In this document: in pieces, positions 22,602-32,831 of the stretch | Layout: every line of letters starts with the position of its first letter | Numbering within the stretch: the first letter of the stretch is position 1 | Source: an uncultured cyanobacterium | Lineage (GTDB): Bacteria > Cyanobacteriota > Cyanobacteriia > Cyanobacteriales > Cyanobacteriaceae | NCBI GenBank assembly: GCA_963710605.1 | Contig: CAVQBA010000007.1 | Span: 128,001-192,000, forward strand | Length of the DNA stretch: 64,000 nucleotides | Direction of reading: 5' to 3' | Notes under the pieces: model-generated | Told to the model about the DNA's origin: nothing | The model's database searches: none | What the model saw: only the letters and a program-made list of their open reading frames with translations | Made by a program: the position numbers and the translations under genes

Positions 22602-22898
22602 TCACTGAAAACTTTCTGTATTGATTTGTTCAACAGGATTATCTTTAATCAAAGAAGCAAAAACCGTCGTCATAACTACTGTCATCGGTCCAGTTGGTCC
22701 TGAAATTTGAGAAGGTATTCCACCACATAAAGCCGCAAAAAAGCCAACTATAACCGCTCCATAAAGCCCTGTGATAGCTCCTGCACCAGATGAGACACCA
22801 AAGGCTAATGCTAAAGGTAATGCAACGATCGCCGCTGTAATTGCGCCAAACAAATCGCCTCGTAAATTTCGCAAGTGTATTTTATTGATTAATCCCAT
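22602..22898 (-). pseudogene. truncated SulP/BicA-family anion transporter (5' fragment only)
   Basis: GDLFG.ITAAIVALPLALAFG and QISGPTGPM, then unrelated tail and stop at 98 aa (family is ~550 aa). Confidence 0.85.
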
Positions 22899-23237
22899 AA
22901 AAAATTAAACTTTCCTAAATCACTAATTTATTAATTGACGTGAGTTCAAGGATTAGTAAAATAAGAAAAACTTACGTCTAACTAAGTCTATATCTAAATT
23001 CGATTAATCCTCACAATTTGTTGATAAACATTTATTGACGCTCTTGAATACGATAAAGTATCCTCGCTATTAGTGAAAAATCGTCATAATTGTTGTATTT
23101 CAATCCCAACCGAAAATAAGAACAGAAACTATTTATCTGTAAAGTTTTTGATGAATTATTAGTTAATTATTCTCAATTACTAGTCAACTGTTATATGATC
23201 AAAGTTAAAACGCAATTATTTAAAAAAATAGACAATT

Positions 23238-23360
23238 ATGGATGTAAAAGTAGTTTTATTAATTTTGACTGGTTTGTTTATTGTTTCTGCACTCTATTTC
23301 GGTACCAAAAATGGTTATTATGACTCTGACAACTATGATGGTAATGGTTCAGCTCATTAA
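23238..23360 (+). CDS. ndhP: NDH-1L complex small subunit NdhP (missing from ORF track)
   Basis: Hand translation MDVKVVLLILTGLFIVSALYFGTKNGYYDSDNYDGNGSAH; one TM helix plus the FGT.NG.YD...Y.GNGSAH tail characteristic of NdhP. Confidence 0.9.
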   Translation: MDVKVVLLILTGLFIVSALYFGTKNGYYDSDNYDGNGSAH

Positions 23361-23372
23361 TTTCCTTAGCAG

Positions 23373-25037
23373 ATGATGAAACGGCAAGAATTTAATTCTA
23401 TACCTGATGATATTACTATATCGTGTTATCCCTTTAGTGTTGGCAATAATACTGAGGGGGTTGCCGTTTTGCTACAAATTGCTGATTATCGGATTTTGTT
23501 AGATTGTGGTTTAGAAGACATTTCTACTTTATCAGCACCAGATACAACAACAACATCTTCTCTGAATTGGGTTTTTTGTAGTCATGCTCATCATGATCAC
23601 GCTTATGGGTTATTATCTCTTCATCAGAATGCACCTGATTTGCCCATTTATACTAGTGAAGTAACTGCGAAATTATTACATCTAAATTGGTTAGATAACG
23701 ATCGTCTTAATGGTTTATCTTTTGCTCAAATTATACCTTGGCGATCGCCTATTTATCTTCAACCAGATTTGAGTGTCGAATTATATCCTGCTGGGCATTT
23801 ACCCGGTGCGGCTTCTTTTTTGTTTAAATATTATCATCAACAAAGAGTAATCCAAGTTTTTTATACAGGTGATTTTTGCTTATCTAATTTGCAATTAGTT
23901 GAAGGTTTATCTTTAGACAGCTTAAGAGGTTTAAGCCCGGATATATTAATCATTGAAGGTACTTACGGTACAGCTCGGCATCCTCATCGTCGGCAACAAG
24001 AAAAGCATTTAATGGAGAGAATTAAAACTGCTTTAGCTAATGACGTAAACGTTATTTTACCTGTACCGATATTTGGTTTGGGACAAGAATTATTAAAATT
24101 ATTACGATCGCATCACGCTTTTACAGGTACAGATGTTGATATATGGGTAGATGGTAATTTACCGATTGCTTGTGACTTGTATTTAGAATTACTCGGTTAT
24201 TTTCCTGAAAACGTCCAAAATTTTGCTAAACATCAACCACTTTTTTGGGATGAGAAAATCAAACCGAGAATGTATCGAGTTAGTGAACAAATCGATCGAA
24301 ATCAATTGTTAACTCAACCTTCAATAATATTAACCGACAACTTACAACATTTATCTGTCTATTGCCAAGAAAGTGAACAAAAATGGTTAGTTTTGATGCC
24401 TGAGCATTCTAGAATCAGACAAAACAAACAATACCTCGATTTTCAGGAAAATTATGATGCTGAAAATATCATCATTGAAGATTACTTATTAGCTCAACAC
24501 AGCGACGGCAAAAATACAACTCAACTAATTCATAATTTACGTCCTCAACATATCGTTTTTGTTCACGGTTTGGCTAGTTACTTAGCCGATTTGACTAGCT
24601 TAGAAGAATTACAAAATCGTTATCAATTACATTCCCCTGCACAAGGAGTAAAAGTTGATTTACCAGTAAGTACACCTTTTATTCAACCTAAAGTATTACC
24701 AAAAACCAATTACGAAGGAGAATTAAACGAAACAGGAGCATATATTACTATTAGTTTACCCGAACAAATGAATCGAGATCCACGCTGGCAAAATTTTGCG
24801 GATACAGGATTAATTGAGGCAAGATGGCAAGGAGACGAATTAGTTTTAAGAGGTTTATCTCAACGAGAATTATTACAACAAAATAGCTCGTTACGTCGTC
24901 AATTAAATACCGAATCTTGTGGTAATTGTTCTCATTATGATTACCATGACTCTGTTTGTCGCAACCGGGAATCTCCTTTAAAAGGTTTTACTGTGCCTGT
25001 TGATGGCTATTGCCCTTTGTTTGAAAATTTACTCTGA
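23373..25037 (+). CDS. MBL-fold metallo-hydrolase, beta-CASP-like RNA-processing family
   Basis: LLDCG, SHAHHDH, AGHLPGA, YTGDF and EGTYG motifs; C-terminal Cys cluster. Confidence 0.85.
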   Translation: MMKRQEFNSIPDDITISCYPFSVGNNTEGVAVLLQIADYRILLDCGLEDISTLSAPDTTTTSSLNWVFCSHAHHDHAYGLLSLHQNAPDLPIYTSEVTAKLLHLNWLDNDRLNGLSFAQIIPWRSPIYLQPDLSVELYPAGHLPGAASFLFKYYHQQRVIQVFYTGDFCLSNLQLVEGLSLDSLRGLSPDILIIEGTYGTARHPHRRQQEKHLMERIKTALANDVNVILPVPIFGLGQELLKLLRSHHAFTGTDVDIWVDGNLPIACDLYLELLGYFPENVQNFAKHQPLFWDEKIKPRMYRVSEQIDRNQLLTQPSIILTDNLQHLSVYCQESEQKWLVLMPEHSRIRQNKQYLDFQENYDAENIIIEDYLLAQHSDGKNTTQLIHNLRPQHIVFVHGLASYLADLTSLEELQNRYQLHSPAQGVKVDLPVSTPFIQPKVLPKTNYEGELNETGAYITISLPEQMNRDPRWQNFADTGLIEARWQGDELVLRGLSQRELLQQNSSLRRQLNTESCGNCSHYDYHDSVCRNRESPLKGFTVPVDGYCPLFENLL

Positions 25038-25141
25038 CGATCGATTTTTTTGAATTTGGTACAACTTACAAAGTTAAATGGTTAAAAGACAGATTAAGCA
25101 TAGACTAAATCCCCTGCCCCCTAAATCCCCCAATTCTGGGG

Positions 25142-25305
25142 CAGGGCTGATTCATTCTCGTTAGCCGAAAATAGCTAGAAGCTATTATTACAAAACGATC
25201 TAGCGACTTAGATACACGATTGTTTTACTATTAGAAAAAAATGGCTAAATTTACTGCTATTTTTTAGTTGTAAAAATTACAAAAATAAGACATGAAACAG
25301 CCCTG
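25142..25305. mobile_element. ~164-bp MITE with CAGGGCTG(A/T)TTCAT ends (copy 1), 12-bp TSD
   Basis: CAGGGCTGATTCAT...ATGAAACAGCCCTG; CCAATTCTGGGG at both 25130-25141 and 25306-25317. Confidence 0.88.
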
Positions 25306-25320
25306 CCAATTCTGGGGGAG

Positions 25321-25474
25321 GATAGTAGTATTCGTTTAACCGAGGTTAATTTAAGCGATATTAATTTGAGTGGGGCTGATGAGCGAACAGGCTTCTTTAA
25401 CTAAAGTAAATCTCGATCGAGTTATCATGCCAGACGGAACTATTGTAACCGATGATTGGGCTTTTCCTGATTAG
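25321..25474 (+). pseudogene. pentapeptide-repeat protein C-terminal remnant
   Basis: LTEVNLSDINLSGAD, frameshift, then EQASLTKVNLDRVIMPDGT. Confidence 0.6.
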
Positions 25475-25529
25475 ATTTTTATCATATTATATATTAGTTT
25501 CTCTTGATAATATTGGTTACTTTAAATTC

Positions 25530-25880
25530 TTAATTAGCTATATCTACTTCATCAGAAGTATTGTTATTAGAAGGCTGAGATTGTTGCATTTGCATTAATC
25601 TTTGTTGTTGTTGCTTTTTAAAATCGGTAGTAGCATTATCTAATTGTTTATTTGTATCGTCTTTAAATTCGCTTCCGCTACGAATATTACCAAAATTAGC
25701 ATTGTGAATAAAATCCATTGGATCAAATCCACTACTACCTACAAAGGGGTCAACTTCGTTAGATTGAAAAGCAGGAGGTTGGTTTAGGTCATTTTGAGCT
25801 TGAGCTTGTACAGGATTATTCGTTACTGCTACAAAACCCAAAGCAATTAATAAAAAAGAAATATTTTTATAATTCATCAT
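25530..25880 (-). CDS. conserved cyanobacterial exported hypothetical protein
   Basis: Signal peptide (..PVQAQA), QSNE.DP and D.IHNANF. Confidence 0.7.
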   Translation of the reverse strand: MMNYKNISFLLIALGFVAVTNNPVQAQAQNDLNQPPAFQSNEVDPFVGSSGFDPMDFIHNANFGNIRSGSEFKDDTNKQLDNATTDFKKQQQQRLMQMQQSQPSNNNTSDEVDIAN

Positions 25881-26043
25881 AGTAGTTAGTTGTTAAAAAA
25901 GAAAAATCTTGATATTAGTTATTTTAAAATAGCAATTATTAGTCAACGATAGCTATTATTATCGTTCATCAATTAATGACGAAATACTCATAATTAGAGT
26001 TTCATCAATAATCTTTATTTTAATTCTATGTTGTTTTAATTAT

Positions 26044-26068
26044 GTAGGGGTTTATGGCATAAACCCTA
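26044..26068. repeat. GTAG-type REP-like palindrome
   Basis: GTAGGGGTTTATGGCATAAACCCTA. Confidence 0.55.
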
Positions 26069-26108
26069 ATATTATATACAAATAATTGCTTGGCTTCTAT
26101 ATTAACCA

Positions 26109-26158
26109 CCGTGCAATGAATTACACGGCTAATAGATGTCGTTTAATAAATTAAACTT
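26109..26158. repeat. hairpin-plus-tail dispersed repeat (copy 2)
   Basis: CCGTGCAAT..ATTACACGG followed by CTAATA-N5-CGTTTAATAAATTAAACTT, as at 2987-3039. Confidence 0.6.
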
Positions 26159-26245
26159 AGACTTCCCTAAATCTACCCTGGGCTGATTCAAAATTAAAAA
26201 GTAATAATAGCTCTGATTATTCTTTGATTTGTAAAATACGAGTTT

Positions 26246-27642
26246 GTGAACTACCCACACTAAAATTAAAAATTTATAGTGTAGGCTTCATCCTTCACAG
26301 ATTCATGCCTCAAGACAGACTTACGCCCACCTTTTGGTCTTACTGATTCTCCAGATGCAGAAACGGCTGTTCCATCCGTTTGTATTATTCTTATTCCTTC
26401 GGCTCTTATATTTTTTGAAGCATTTTCATCCCTGTCATGGATAGTACCACAACTAGGACAAGTCCACTCTCTTACGTCTAAAGGCATTTCAGACATTTGC
26501 TCTAAGCAGTTGGAACAAGTTTTTGAACTCGGAAACCATCTGTCAACTTCAACTAATAACCCACCTTTAAGTTTGAGTTTATAGTCCAAGAAATTGATCA
26601 AAGTTCCCCATCCAACATCAGATATTGCTTTGGCTAAACAGTGATTACGAACCATACCCTTGATATTTAGTTTTTCGACGCAGATTACTTGATTATTATC
26701 AACAATCTTTCTCGAAAGTTTGTGCACGAAATCGTGACGGGCATTGCTTGTATGTTCGTGTACTTTAGCTACTAACAGTCGTGCTTTTTCTCTTTGTTTA
26801 GAACCTTTTTGCTTACGAGCCAGTTTTTGCTGTTTTCGCCGTAAGTTCCTTTCATGTTTTTTAATCTGTCTAGGATTAGAATACTTGCTTGTTTTAGTAC
26901 CATCATTGACGATAGCAAAATGTTTAATCCCTAAATCAATACCAGCTATCTTACCTGTCACAATAACCTTTGGGAGTTCCTCTTCTGTCTCAAATAGAAG
27001 ACTCGCAAAGTATTTACCTGTTGGTGTTTTACTTACAGTAACCGTTTTAATCTTACCCTCAAAGATACGATGAATAGAGGCTTTAACTAAACCTAATTGT
27101 GGTATTTTCAAACATCCATCAATGATCAAAACACTTTGTGGATACTGACAAGACTGTTTACCATGGTAACTTTTAAACCGTGGGTATTTTGCTCGTTTCT
27201 CAAAGAAGTTTTTAAATGCTTTAGTGAGATTAAGAGTTGCTGACTGTAAGACTTGAGAGTAGCATTCTTTTAACCAAGCTGTCTGTTCATCGCTTTTTAG
27301 TTTGGGCAAATAGGCATTTATAGCTGAACGATTGAGCCCCTTACCTGTTTCTTTATAAGTTTTATTACATAAATCCAGTGCATAATTATACCACCAACGA
27401 CTGCAACCCATTACTTGAGTCAGTTTTTGGGCTTGAGTACTAGTTGGATACAATCTGATTTTGATAGCTCTGTGCATTTATCATTTACTATAAATCATGA
27501 GAAAATAATCTTACCACAAGATTGTAATTTTGGAACTAATGTCTTAATCAGACTTTGCTTTGTTGGTTGAAATTCATCCCATCACTCATTTTATGGGTAT
27601 GTTAATCGAAAAATAGAGTGTGGGACTTCTTTCTCCATTTTG
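26246..27642 (-). mobile_element. IS200/IS605-family (IS1341-like) tnpB-only element
   Basis: Subterminal hairpins at both ends (minus strand: GAAGTCCCACACT..AGTGATGGGATG; GAAGCCTACACTA..TAGTGTGGGTAGTTCAC); no tnpA; exact ends inferred. Confidence 0.75.
26266..27477 (-). CDS. tnpB: RNA-guided endonuclease TnpB
   Basis: N-terminal HTH (KIRLYPT), RuvC-I GIDLG, RuvC-II VEKL, zinc finger CSNC..CPSC, RuvC-III DRDENA. Confidence 0.96.
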   Translation of the reverse strand: MHRAIKIRLYPTSTQAQKLTQVMGCSRWWYNYALDLCNKTYKETGKGLNRSAINAYLPKLKSDEQTAWLKECYSQVLQSATLNLTKAFKNFFEKRAKYPRFKSYHGKQSCQYPQSVLIIDGCLKIPQLGLVKASIHRIFEGKIKTVTVSKTPTGKYFASLLFETEEELPKVIVTGKIAGIDLGIKHFAIVNDGTKTSKYSNPRQIKKHERNLRRKQQKLARKQKGSKQREKARLLVAKVHEHTSNARHDFVHKLSRKIVDNNQVICVEKLNIKGMVRNHCLAKAISDVGWGTLINFLDYKLKLKGGLLVEVDRWFPSSKTCSNCLEQMSEMPLDVREWTCPSCGTIHDRDENASKNIRAEGIRIIQTDGTAVSASGESVRPKGGRKSVLRHESVKDEAYTINF

Positions 27643-27809
27643 TTAAATTACTAAGGGTTTAATGTTGTGACATACTCCCAACCCCACTTTTTTGCTCAAT
27701 TTTGCACTGCCTTCATTTCTATCCACTGAAACATGAAAAATTATGCTCCCGTTATTTTTCTTCGTATTTAATCAAAACTCATTACTTATTACTCGTTACT
27801 CGTTACTCA

Positions 27810-29072
27810 TTATTCGTTCATTTGTGTGAAAAAATCGATCGTCTCTTTTAAGGCATCAACAAAAGCGTCTATCTCAGCAAAAGTATTATAAAAGTACAAA
27901 CTAGCTCTAGCACTACCAGAAGCACCTAAATAACGATGTAAAGGTTGAGTACAATGATGTCCAGAACGAATTGCTATACCTTCATGATCTAACAATGTGG
28001 CTAAGTCGCTACTATGAACATCATCAATATTAAAAGCGGCTAAAGCGGCTCTACCTTTTCCTTCAGGAGTTGGTTGTTTACCGTAAATAGTTATATTAGA
28101 AACTTGATTAAGTTTTTTGAATAAATAAGCGGTTAACTCTTCTTCGTAGTCGTGAATATTATCCATGCCTATATTATTAAGATAATCGATCGCCGCACCA
28201 AGTCCGATCGCTTCACCGATGGCGGGTGTACCTGCTTCAAATTTATGGGGTAAATCACCATAAGTAGAATGATCTAAATATACCTCAGCAATCATTTCGC
28301 CACCGCCTAAAAAAGGAGGCATGATTGTTAATATTTCTTCTTTACCATACAAAAAACCAATTCCTGTCGAAGCACACATCTTATGCCCTGAGCCGACTAA
28401 CCAATCACAATCCATTTTTTGAACATCGATCGGCATATGCGGTAAACTTTGGCAAGCATCTATTAATACTTTCGCACCCTGTTGATGTGCTAATTCAATA
28501 ATTTCGTTGACTGGGTTAACACATCCTAAAGTGTTAGAAACATGAACGATCGAAACTAACTTTGTTTTAGCCGATAATAAGGATTGATACTGAGTAAAAT
28601 CAAATTCTTGTTCGGGGGTTAATTCTACGTATTTAATCACAGCCCCTGTTTTTTGAGCAATCATTTGCCAAGGAACAATATTACTATGATGCTCCATTAC
28701 CGATAAAATTATCTCATCATCTGGTTTTAGATTATCCAAACCCCAACTATAAGCGACTAAATTAATTGCTTCACTGGCATTACGAGTATAAACAATTTCA
28801 TTACGACTACGAGCATTAATAAATTGAGCAACTTTATCCCTTGCACCTTCATAAGCAGTGGTAGCCCTACCACTTAAGCTATGCGCACCACGATGAACAT
28901 TTGCATTATCACATTCGTAGTAATGGCGTAGAGTATCAATTACCGCACTTGGTTTTTGAGATGTTGCCGCATTATCTAAATAAACTAAAGGTTTGTCGTG
29001 AATTTTTTGAGACAGAAGAGGAAAATCATCACGAACTCGATCGGCGATTGTTTTACTATGAATAAGAGTCAT
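27810..29072 (-). CDS. sufS: SufS-family cysteine desulfurase
   Basis: [27 protein letters not shown] and RSGHHC motifs. Confidence 0.96.
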   Translation of the reverse strand: MTLIHSKTIADRVRDDFPLLSQKIHDKPLVYLDNAATSQKPSAVIDTLRHYYECDNANVHRGAHSLSGRATTAYEGARDKVAQFINARSRNEIVYTRNASEAINLVAYSWGLDNLKPDDEIILSVMEHHSNIVPWQMIAQKTGAVIKYVELTPEQEFDFTQYQSLLSAKTKLVSIVHVSNTLGCVNPVNEIIELAHQQGAKVLIDACQSLPHMPIDVQKMDCDWLVGSGHKMCASTGIGFLYGKEEILTIMPPFLGGGEMIAEVYLDHSTYGDLPHKFEAGTPAIGEAIGLGAAIDYLNNIGMDNIHDYEEELTAYLFKKLNQVSNITIYGKQPTPEGKGRAALAAFNIDDVHSSDLATLLDHEGIAIRSGHHCTQPLHRYLGASGSARASLYFYNTFAEIDAFVDALKETIDFFTQMNE

Positions 29073-29138
29073 CGGTTAAATAATGAATAATGAATAATTA
29101 ATAATGAAGTCTTAATAGTTTAGTGGTTAAAACACTTA

Positions 29139-29179
29139 AGCTAAGAGCTAAGAGCTAAAAGCTAAAAGCTAAAAGCTAA
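29139..29179. repeat. heptameric short tandem repeat (STRR-like)
   Basis: AGCTAA(G/A) x~6. Confidence 0.85.
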
Positions 29180-29196
29180 TCCTAATTATAACAATC

Positions 29197-29240
29197 GACG
29201 GTGGACAATTTTATGAATTGATAAGTAAATGTTCACCGTC
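29197..29240. terminator. stem-loop downstream of ycf39
   Basis: GACGGTGGACA...TGTTCACCGTC. Confidence 0.45.
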
Positions 29241-29268
29241 TAATCGATACTAAAATTGAGTTTGATGG

Positions 29269-30243
29269 TTATTTAAAGAAACTATTTTTTTTCTTACTTT
29301 TTTTGCCTTTACTTTTTTCGTAATCAATTTCTCTGATTTTTTTGGTGATACGCTCAAAATATTCTTTGAGATAACTTTCTAGGGTAGTTGTTTTCTCAGC
29401 ATCTAAACCAAATGTTTGATAAACTTCTTCCATCTCACTATCCATTGGTTTACCACTTGCTAAAACTTCGGCAAAAGCTAAACGATCGGATGTATTAACT
29501 GTCCATTTAAACCAACGAGTAAATCCTCGTAAAGAGCGGAGTAAAGGTAAGGGAATACGAGAAATTTTGGCTTTTTTACCTGAGAGTTTTTCACAAAGCT
29601 CAATAATTTGATTTGCTGTCCATGCACGTTTACCCGCTACAGGATAAGTTTTATTGGCTGTTTCAGGAATTTCGATCGCTTTAATGGCAAATTTAGCAAT
29701 ATCTTGAGTATTCATATAAGCAATGGGTGTATTTTCTCCACTTACCCAAACTGCTTGATTATCTAAAATAGGGATACCATATTGCCCAATCAAACCTTGC
29801 ATAAATCCAGCTAGTTTCAAAATGGTATAGTCTAAACCAGATTCAGCTAAAAATGTTTCTGTACATTGTTTGATATTCATCAAAGGCACATTATTAAAAT
29901 CTTCAGCATTCATAATCGAAAAGAAAACATATCTTTTAATATTCGCTTTAGCCGCCGCTTGAATTAAATTAACCTTTCCTTCCCAATCTATTTCTTTGAT
30001 ACTTAATGAATCAGTTGCCCTCGCTGTTGCCGCATCTATAACCACATCAACACCTTCTAAGGCTTCATCTAACGTGCTAGGATTACAAATATCACCTTTA
30101 ACTAATTCTGCTCCCCATTCTTTTAAAAACGAAGCTCTACCTTGGTTTCTCACTAAACAACGAACTGTGTATTCTTTGTCGATTCCGTGACGAACAATTT
30201 GTCTTCCTAATGTTCCTGTACCACCAACTACTAATATTTTCAT
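29269..30243 (-). CDS. ycf39: Ycf39 atypical SDR / NAD(P)H-binding PSII assembly factor
   Basis: GGTGTLGRQIV, FLKEWGAELV, DWEGKVNLIQAA and DRLAFAEV motifs. Confidence 0.9.
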   Translation of the reverse strand: MKILVVGGTGTLGRQIVRHGIDKEYTVRCLVRNQGRASFLKEWGAELVKGDICNPSTLDEALEGVDVVIDAATARATDSLSIKEIDWEGKVNLIQAAAKANIKRYVFFSIMNAEDFNNVPLMNIKQCTETFLAESGLDYTILKLAGFMQGLIGQYGIPILDNQAVWVSGENTPIAYMNTQDIAKFAIKAIEIPETANKTYPVAGKRAWTANQIIELCEKLSGKKAKISRIPLPLLRSLRGFTRWFKWTVNTSDRLAFAEVLASGKPMDSEMEEVYQTFGLDAEKTTTLESYLKEYFERITKKIREIDYEKSKGKKSKKKNSFFK

Positions 30244-30525
30244 CTTATTATATTAAGTTTGTTTACGTTTTTTTAAATATCTTTAAGATTTTATCAGAAA
30301 TAGGGCTGTCAATCGGAATTGAGAATTGAGAACGAAGTTTAATTGATATCTTATCCCTCATTTATACTGAGCGTAGCCGAAGTATCCTTCACCCTTCAGC
30401 CTTCATTCTTTTTCCCTATCCTTCATCCCTCATCTTTCTCTATATCTGTTATTGTTAAGTTTGGTTAAGTAATTAATGGTTTGAATTAATCAACTTGTAA
30501 CAACTAAATAATTTTGTAGGCAATA

Positions 30526-31413
30526 ATGGATGTTATTCTTGGGGCGGTATTGCCTGTAGCACTAATAATCACGATCGGTTATATTGCAGGGGCGAGGTTA
30601 GGTTTAGATCAATCTACATTATCTAGATTAAGTATTTATGTTCTGTCTCCTGCTTTAGTAATCAATAGTCTTTATCGTACAGAAGTTTCTGGAGGAGATG
30701 CTTTATTATTAGTACTTGGTTTTTGCTTAATTTCGCTAATTCTTTACGGTATAGCTACAGGTTTAGGTTATTTATTGAAATTAGAGGGTGAAGATAGGCG
30801 TAGTTTGTCGGCGGTCATTCTTAGTGCTAATAATGGTAATATGGGTCTTTCGATCGTTGCTTTTGCTTTAGGTGAAGGAGGATTAGAAAGAGCAATTATT
30901 TATTTAATTTGTTCGAGTATCTTTTTGTTTGGTGTTTTACCCGGATTATTCAAAGGTAGTGGTTTATTGGTTGGATTGAATATGACTTGGAAACTACCTT
31001 TGTTTTGGTCTATTTTAGTTGGGCTGAGTTTGCATTTAACTAAGATTGAATTACCATTTAACTTGGGTACAAGTATTGAATGGTTAGGAATGGCGGCAAT
31101 TCCGATGGCTTTAATTATTTTAGGAATTCAGTTGAAAAAAACAAAATTTAGTTTTAGTTTGCCAGAAATCGGTTATAGTTTTGTTAAATTAGCGATCGCT
31201 CCTTGTGTTGCTTATGGTGTTGCCTTATTCTTGGGTTTAACAGGTTTAGATTTACAAGTTTTGGTTTTACAAACCTGTATGCCGACGGCAGTAAATACTC
31301 TTGTTGTTGCCAAAGAATTTGGTGGTAATGCGACAATGGTAGCAAGAACAATTATTATTTCTACTTTGATTAGTTTTGTTACTATTCCTGTCGTGATTGG
31401 TTTAGTAACTTAA
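30526..31413 (+). CDS. AEC (auxin efflux carrier) family transporter
   Basis: Hydrophobic; N.GNMG, P.ALI.LG, MPTAV. Confidence 0.88.
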   Translation: MDVILGAVLPVALIITIGYIAGARLGLDQSTLSRLSIYVLSPALVINSLYRTEVSGGDALLLVLGFCLISLILYGIATGLGYLLKLEGEDRRSLSAVILSANNGNMGLSIVAFALGEGGLERAIIYLICSSIFLFGVLPGLFKGSGLLVGLNMTWKLPLFWSILVGLSLHLTKIELPFNLGTSIEWLGMAAIPMALIILGIQLKKTKFSFSLPEIGYSFVKLAIAPCVAYGVALFLGLTGLDLQVLVLQTCMPTAVNTLVVAKEFGGNATMVARTIIISTLISFVTIPVVIGLVT

Positions 31414-31469
31414 TTTTAAACAAATAAATTTTTGATTAATCAATACCATTTGTCGCAAGTCGCAATATT

Positions 31470-32474
31470 CTAACTATTAAATAGTCTTTGTCTAACTAAT
31501 CTAACAGCAGGTATTTGAATATATTTAGTCAGTAATTTAATTTCTTTTTTATCTAACTCATCTTTGAGGTGAGGAAAATCTTTAAAAAAATCTTCAGTAA
31601 TATCTTGATTTAACATCTTTAAAATTTGACCAAAATCTTTTTCGGTTACTTCACCAATTTTACTAATAACATTATCAAGTCTATTTTCGGTTACATAAGC
31701 TGATATTTCTTCTTGCCATTTGAGTACTTTTTCAGAAGCTACATTTTCTTTTTTGGTTGAGGATTTATTTGCCCTTCTATTTTTTTCTGACCATTTTTCG
31801 TTTTTATTTTTTAAAATAACTCTAGTACCATTAGGAAGATAAGTATTTTGAATTGGTTTAATAACCACACCTTCGCAGATATTTGGTTGAATTTCAGGTA
31901 ATCCTAAATCCAAAGCAATAGTTGATGAGAAATTGTTAGGATATGCTAAACATTCATCTAAGTTACCTTGAAATAATGTTTTAGCATAAAGTAATTCTTC
32001 TTGTGCAAAATATTGATTAGCTTCGGTGACATCAAGATAATTATCTTCATCAATTAAAATATCAAAAGCATAAAACAAATTATCAGGGCTATAGTGAATA
32101 CCTTTTTGTACTTTACTGGCTTGAAAATTAGCTTTAATATCGGGATGAGGATAATTTCCACCAATAACTTCCCCAAAAATAGTCATTTGACTCATCTGAG
32201 GATATTTTGCTTTTAAATCGTGCCAAATACTGATAAATTTTGGTTTTAGTTCAGCTAAGATAATGTCGTAGTTATAAAATTTCTCATCTTCATTTAAGAT
32301 ACCGTTTCTTTTAGCCGTAACAAAATCAACTCCATCATCAGTGATATAACTTAAATTTGAACCGTGAGCTTTTTCTTGGACAATATATTTACTTTCTCCT
32401 AATCCGTATTCTTTGATTTTCTGGATAAATTTTGTTTGATAGCTATTTTCGATCGATCTATATTTATTAAACAT
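31470..32474 (-). CDS. RNA ligase, Rnl2 family
   Basis: Motif I QEKAHGSN, FGEVIG, FYAFDI, EGVVIK, LKNKNEKW; C-terminal YVTENRL.NVISKIG. Confidence 0.9.
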   Translation of the reverse strand: MFNKYRSIENSYQTKFIQKIKEYGLGESKYIVQEKAHGSNLSYITDDGVDFVTAKRNGILNEDEKFYNYDIILAELKPKFISIWHDLKAKYPQMSQMTIFGEVIGGNYPHPDIKANFQASKVQKGIHYSPDNLFYAFDILIDEDNYLDVTEANQYFAQEELLYAKTLFQGNLDECLAYPNNFSSTIALDLGLPEIQPNICEGVVIKPIQNTYLPNGTRVILKNKNEKWSEKNRRANKSSTKKENVASEKVLKWQEEISAYVTENRLDNVISKIGEVTEKDFGQILKMLNQDITEDFFKDFPHLKDELDKKEIKLLTKYIQIPAVRLVRQRLFNS

Positions 32475-32831
32475 GACAGCGATGATACATTATTAAATTT
32501 TCAAGGTACGATTAAGAATTGAGAATTGAGAGTTGAGAATTACCGATACCAAAAGTTATCAACTTTAAGGTCAAATTCTAGCTTTTATATTTTCTTCGCC
32601 TTATGAAAACGAGGTAGATACTTTCAATTTTTTTCGGTGAGTTTACTAACAATAATATTCACCTACAAGTTTGGATACTCAGATTTAGTTACTCGATCTA
32701 TTATAATGATTTATTAATAATGTGGCGATCGTGTATTCAATATTCATTTTTTGGTAATGGTGATATTTACGATCTTTAAGTATCTAAATGGTATTAGTAG
32801 AATTGAATAGTGTTGAAGAATTTGAATGATA

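Noticed and set aside
23095-23112. GTATTTCAATCCCAACC resembles the start of a cyanobacterial CRISPR repeat
   Set aside because: Single short occurrence; no repeat-spacer periodicity and no cas genes
26179-26191. GGGCTGATTCA as a third CAGGGCTG-MITE copy
   Set aside because: Only 11 bp match; no second end or internal homology
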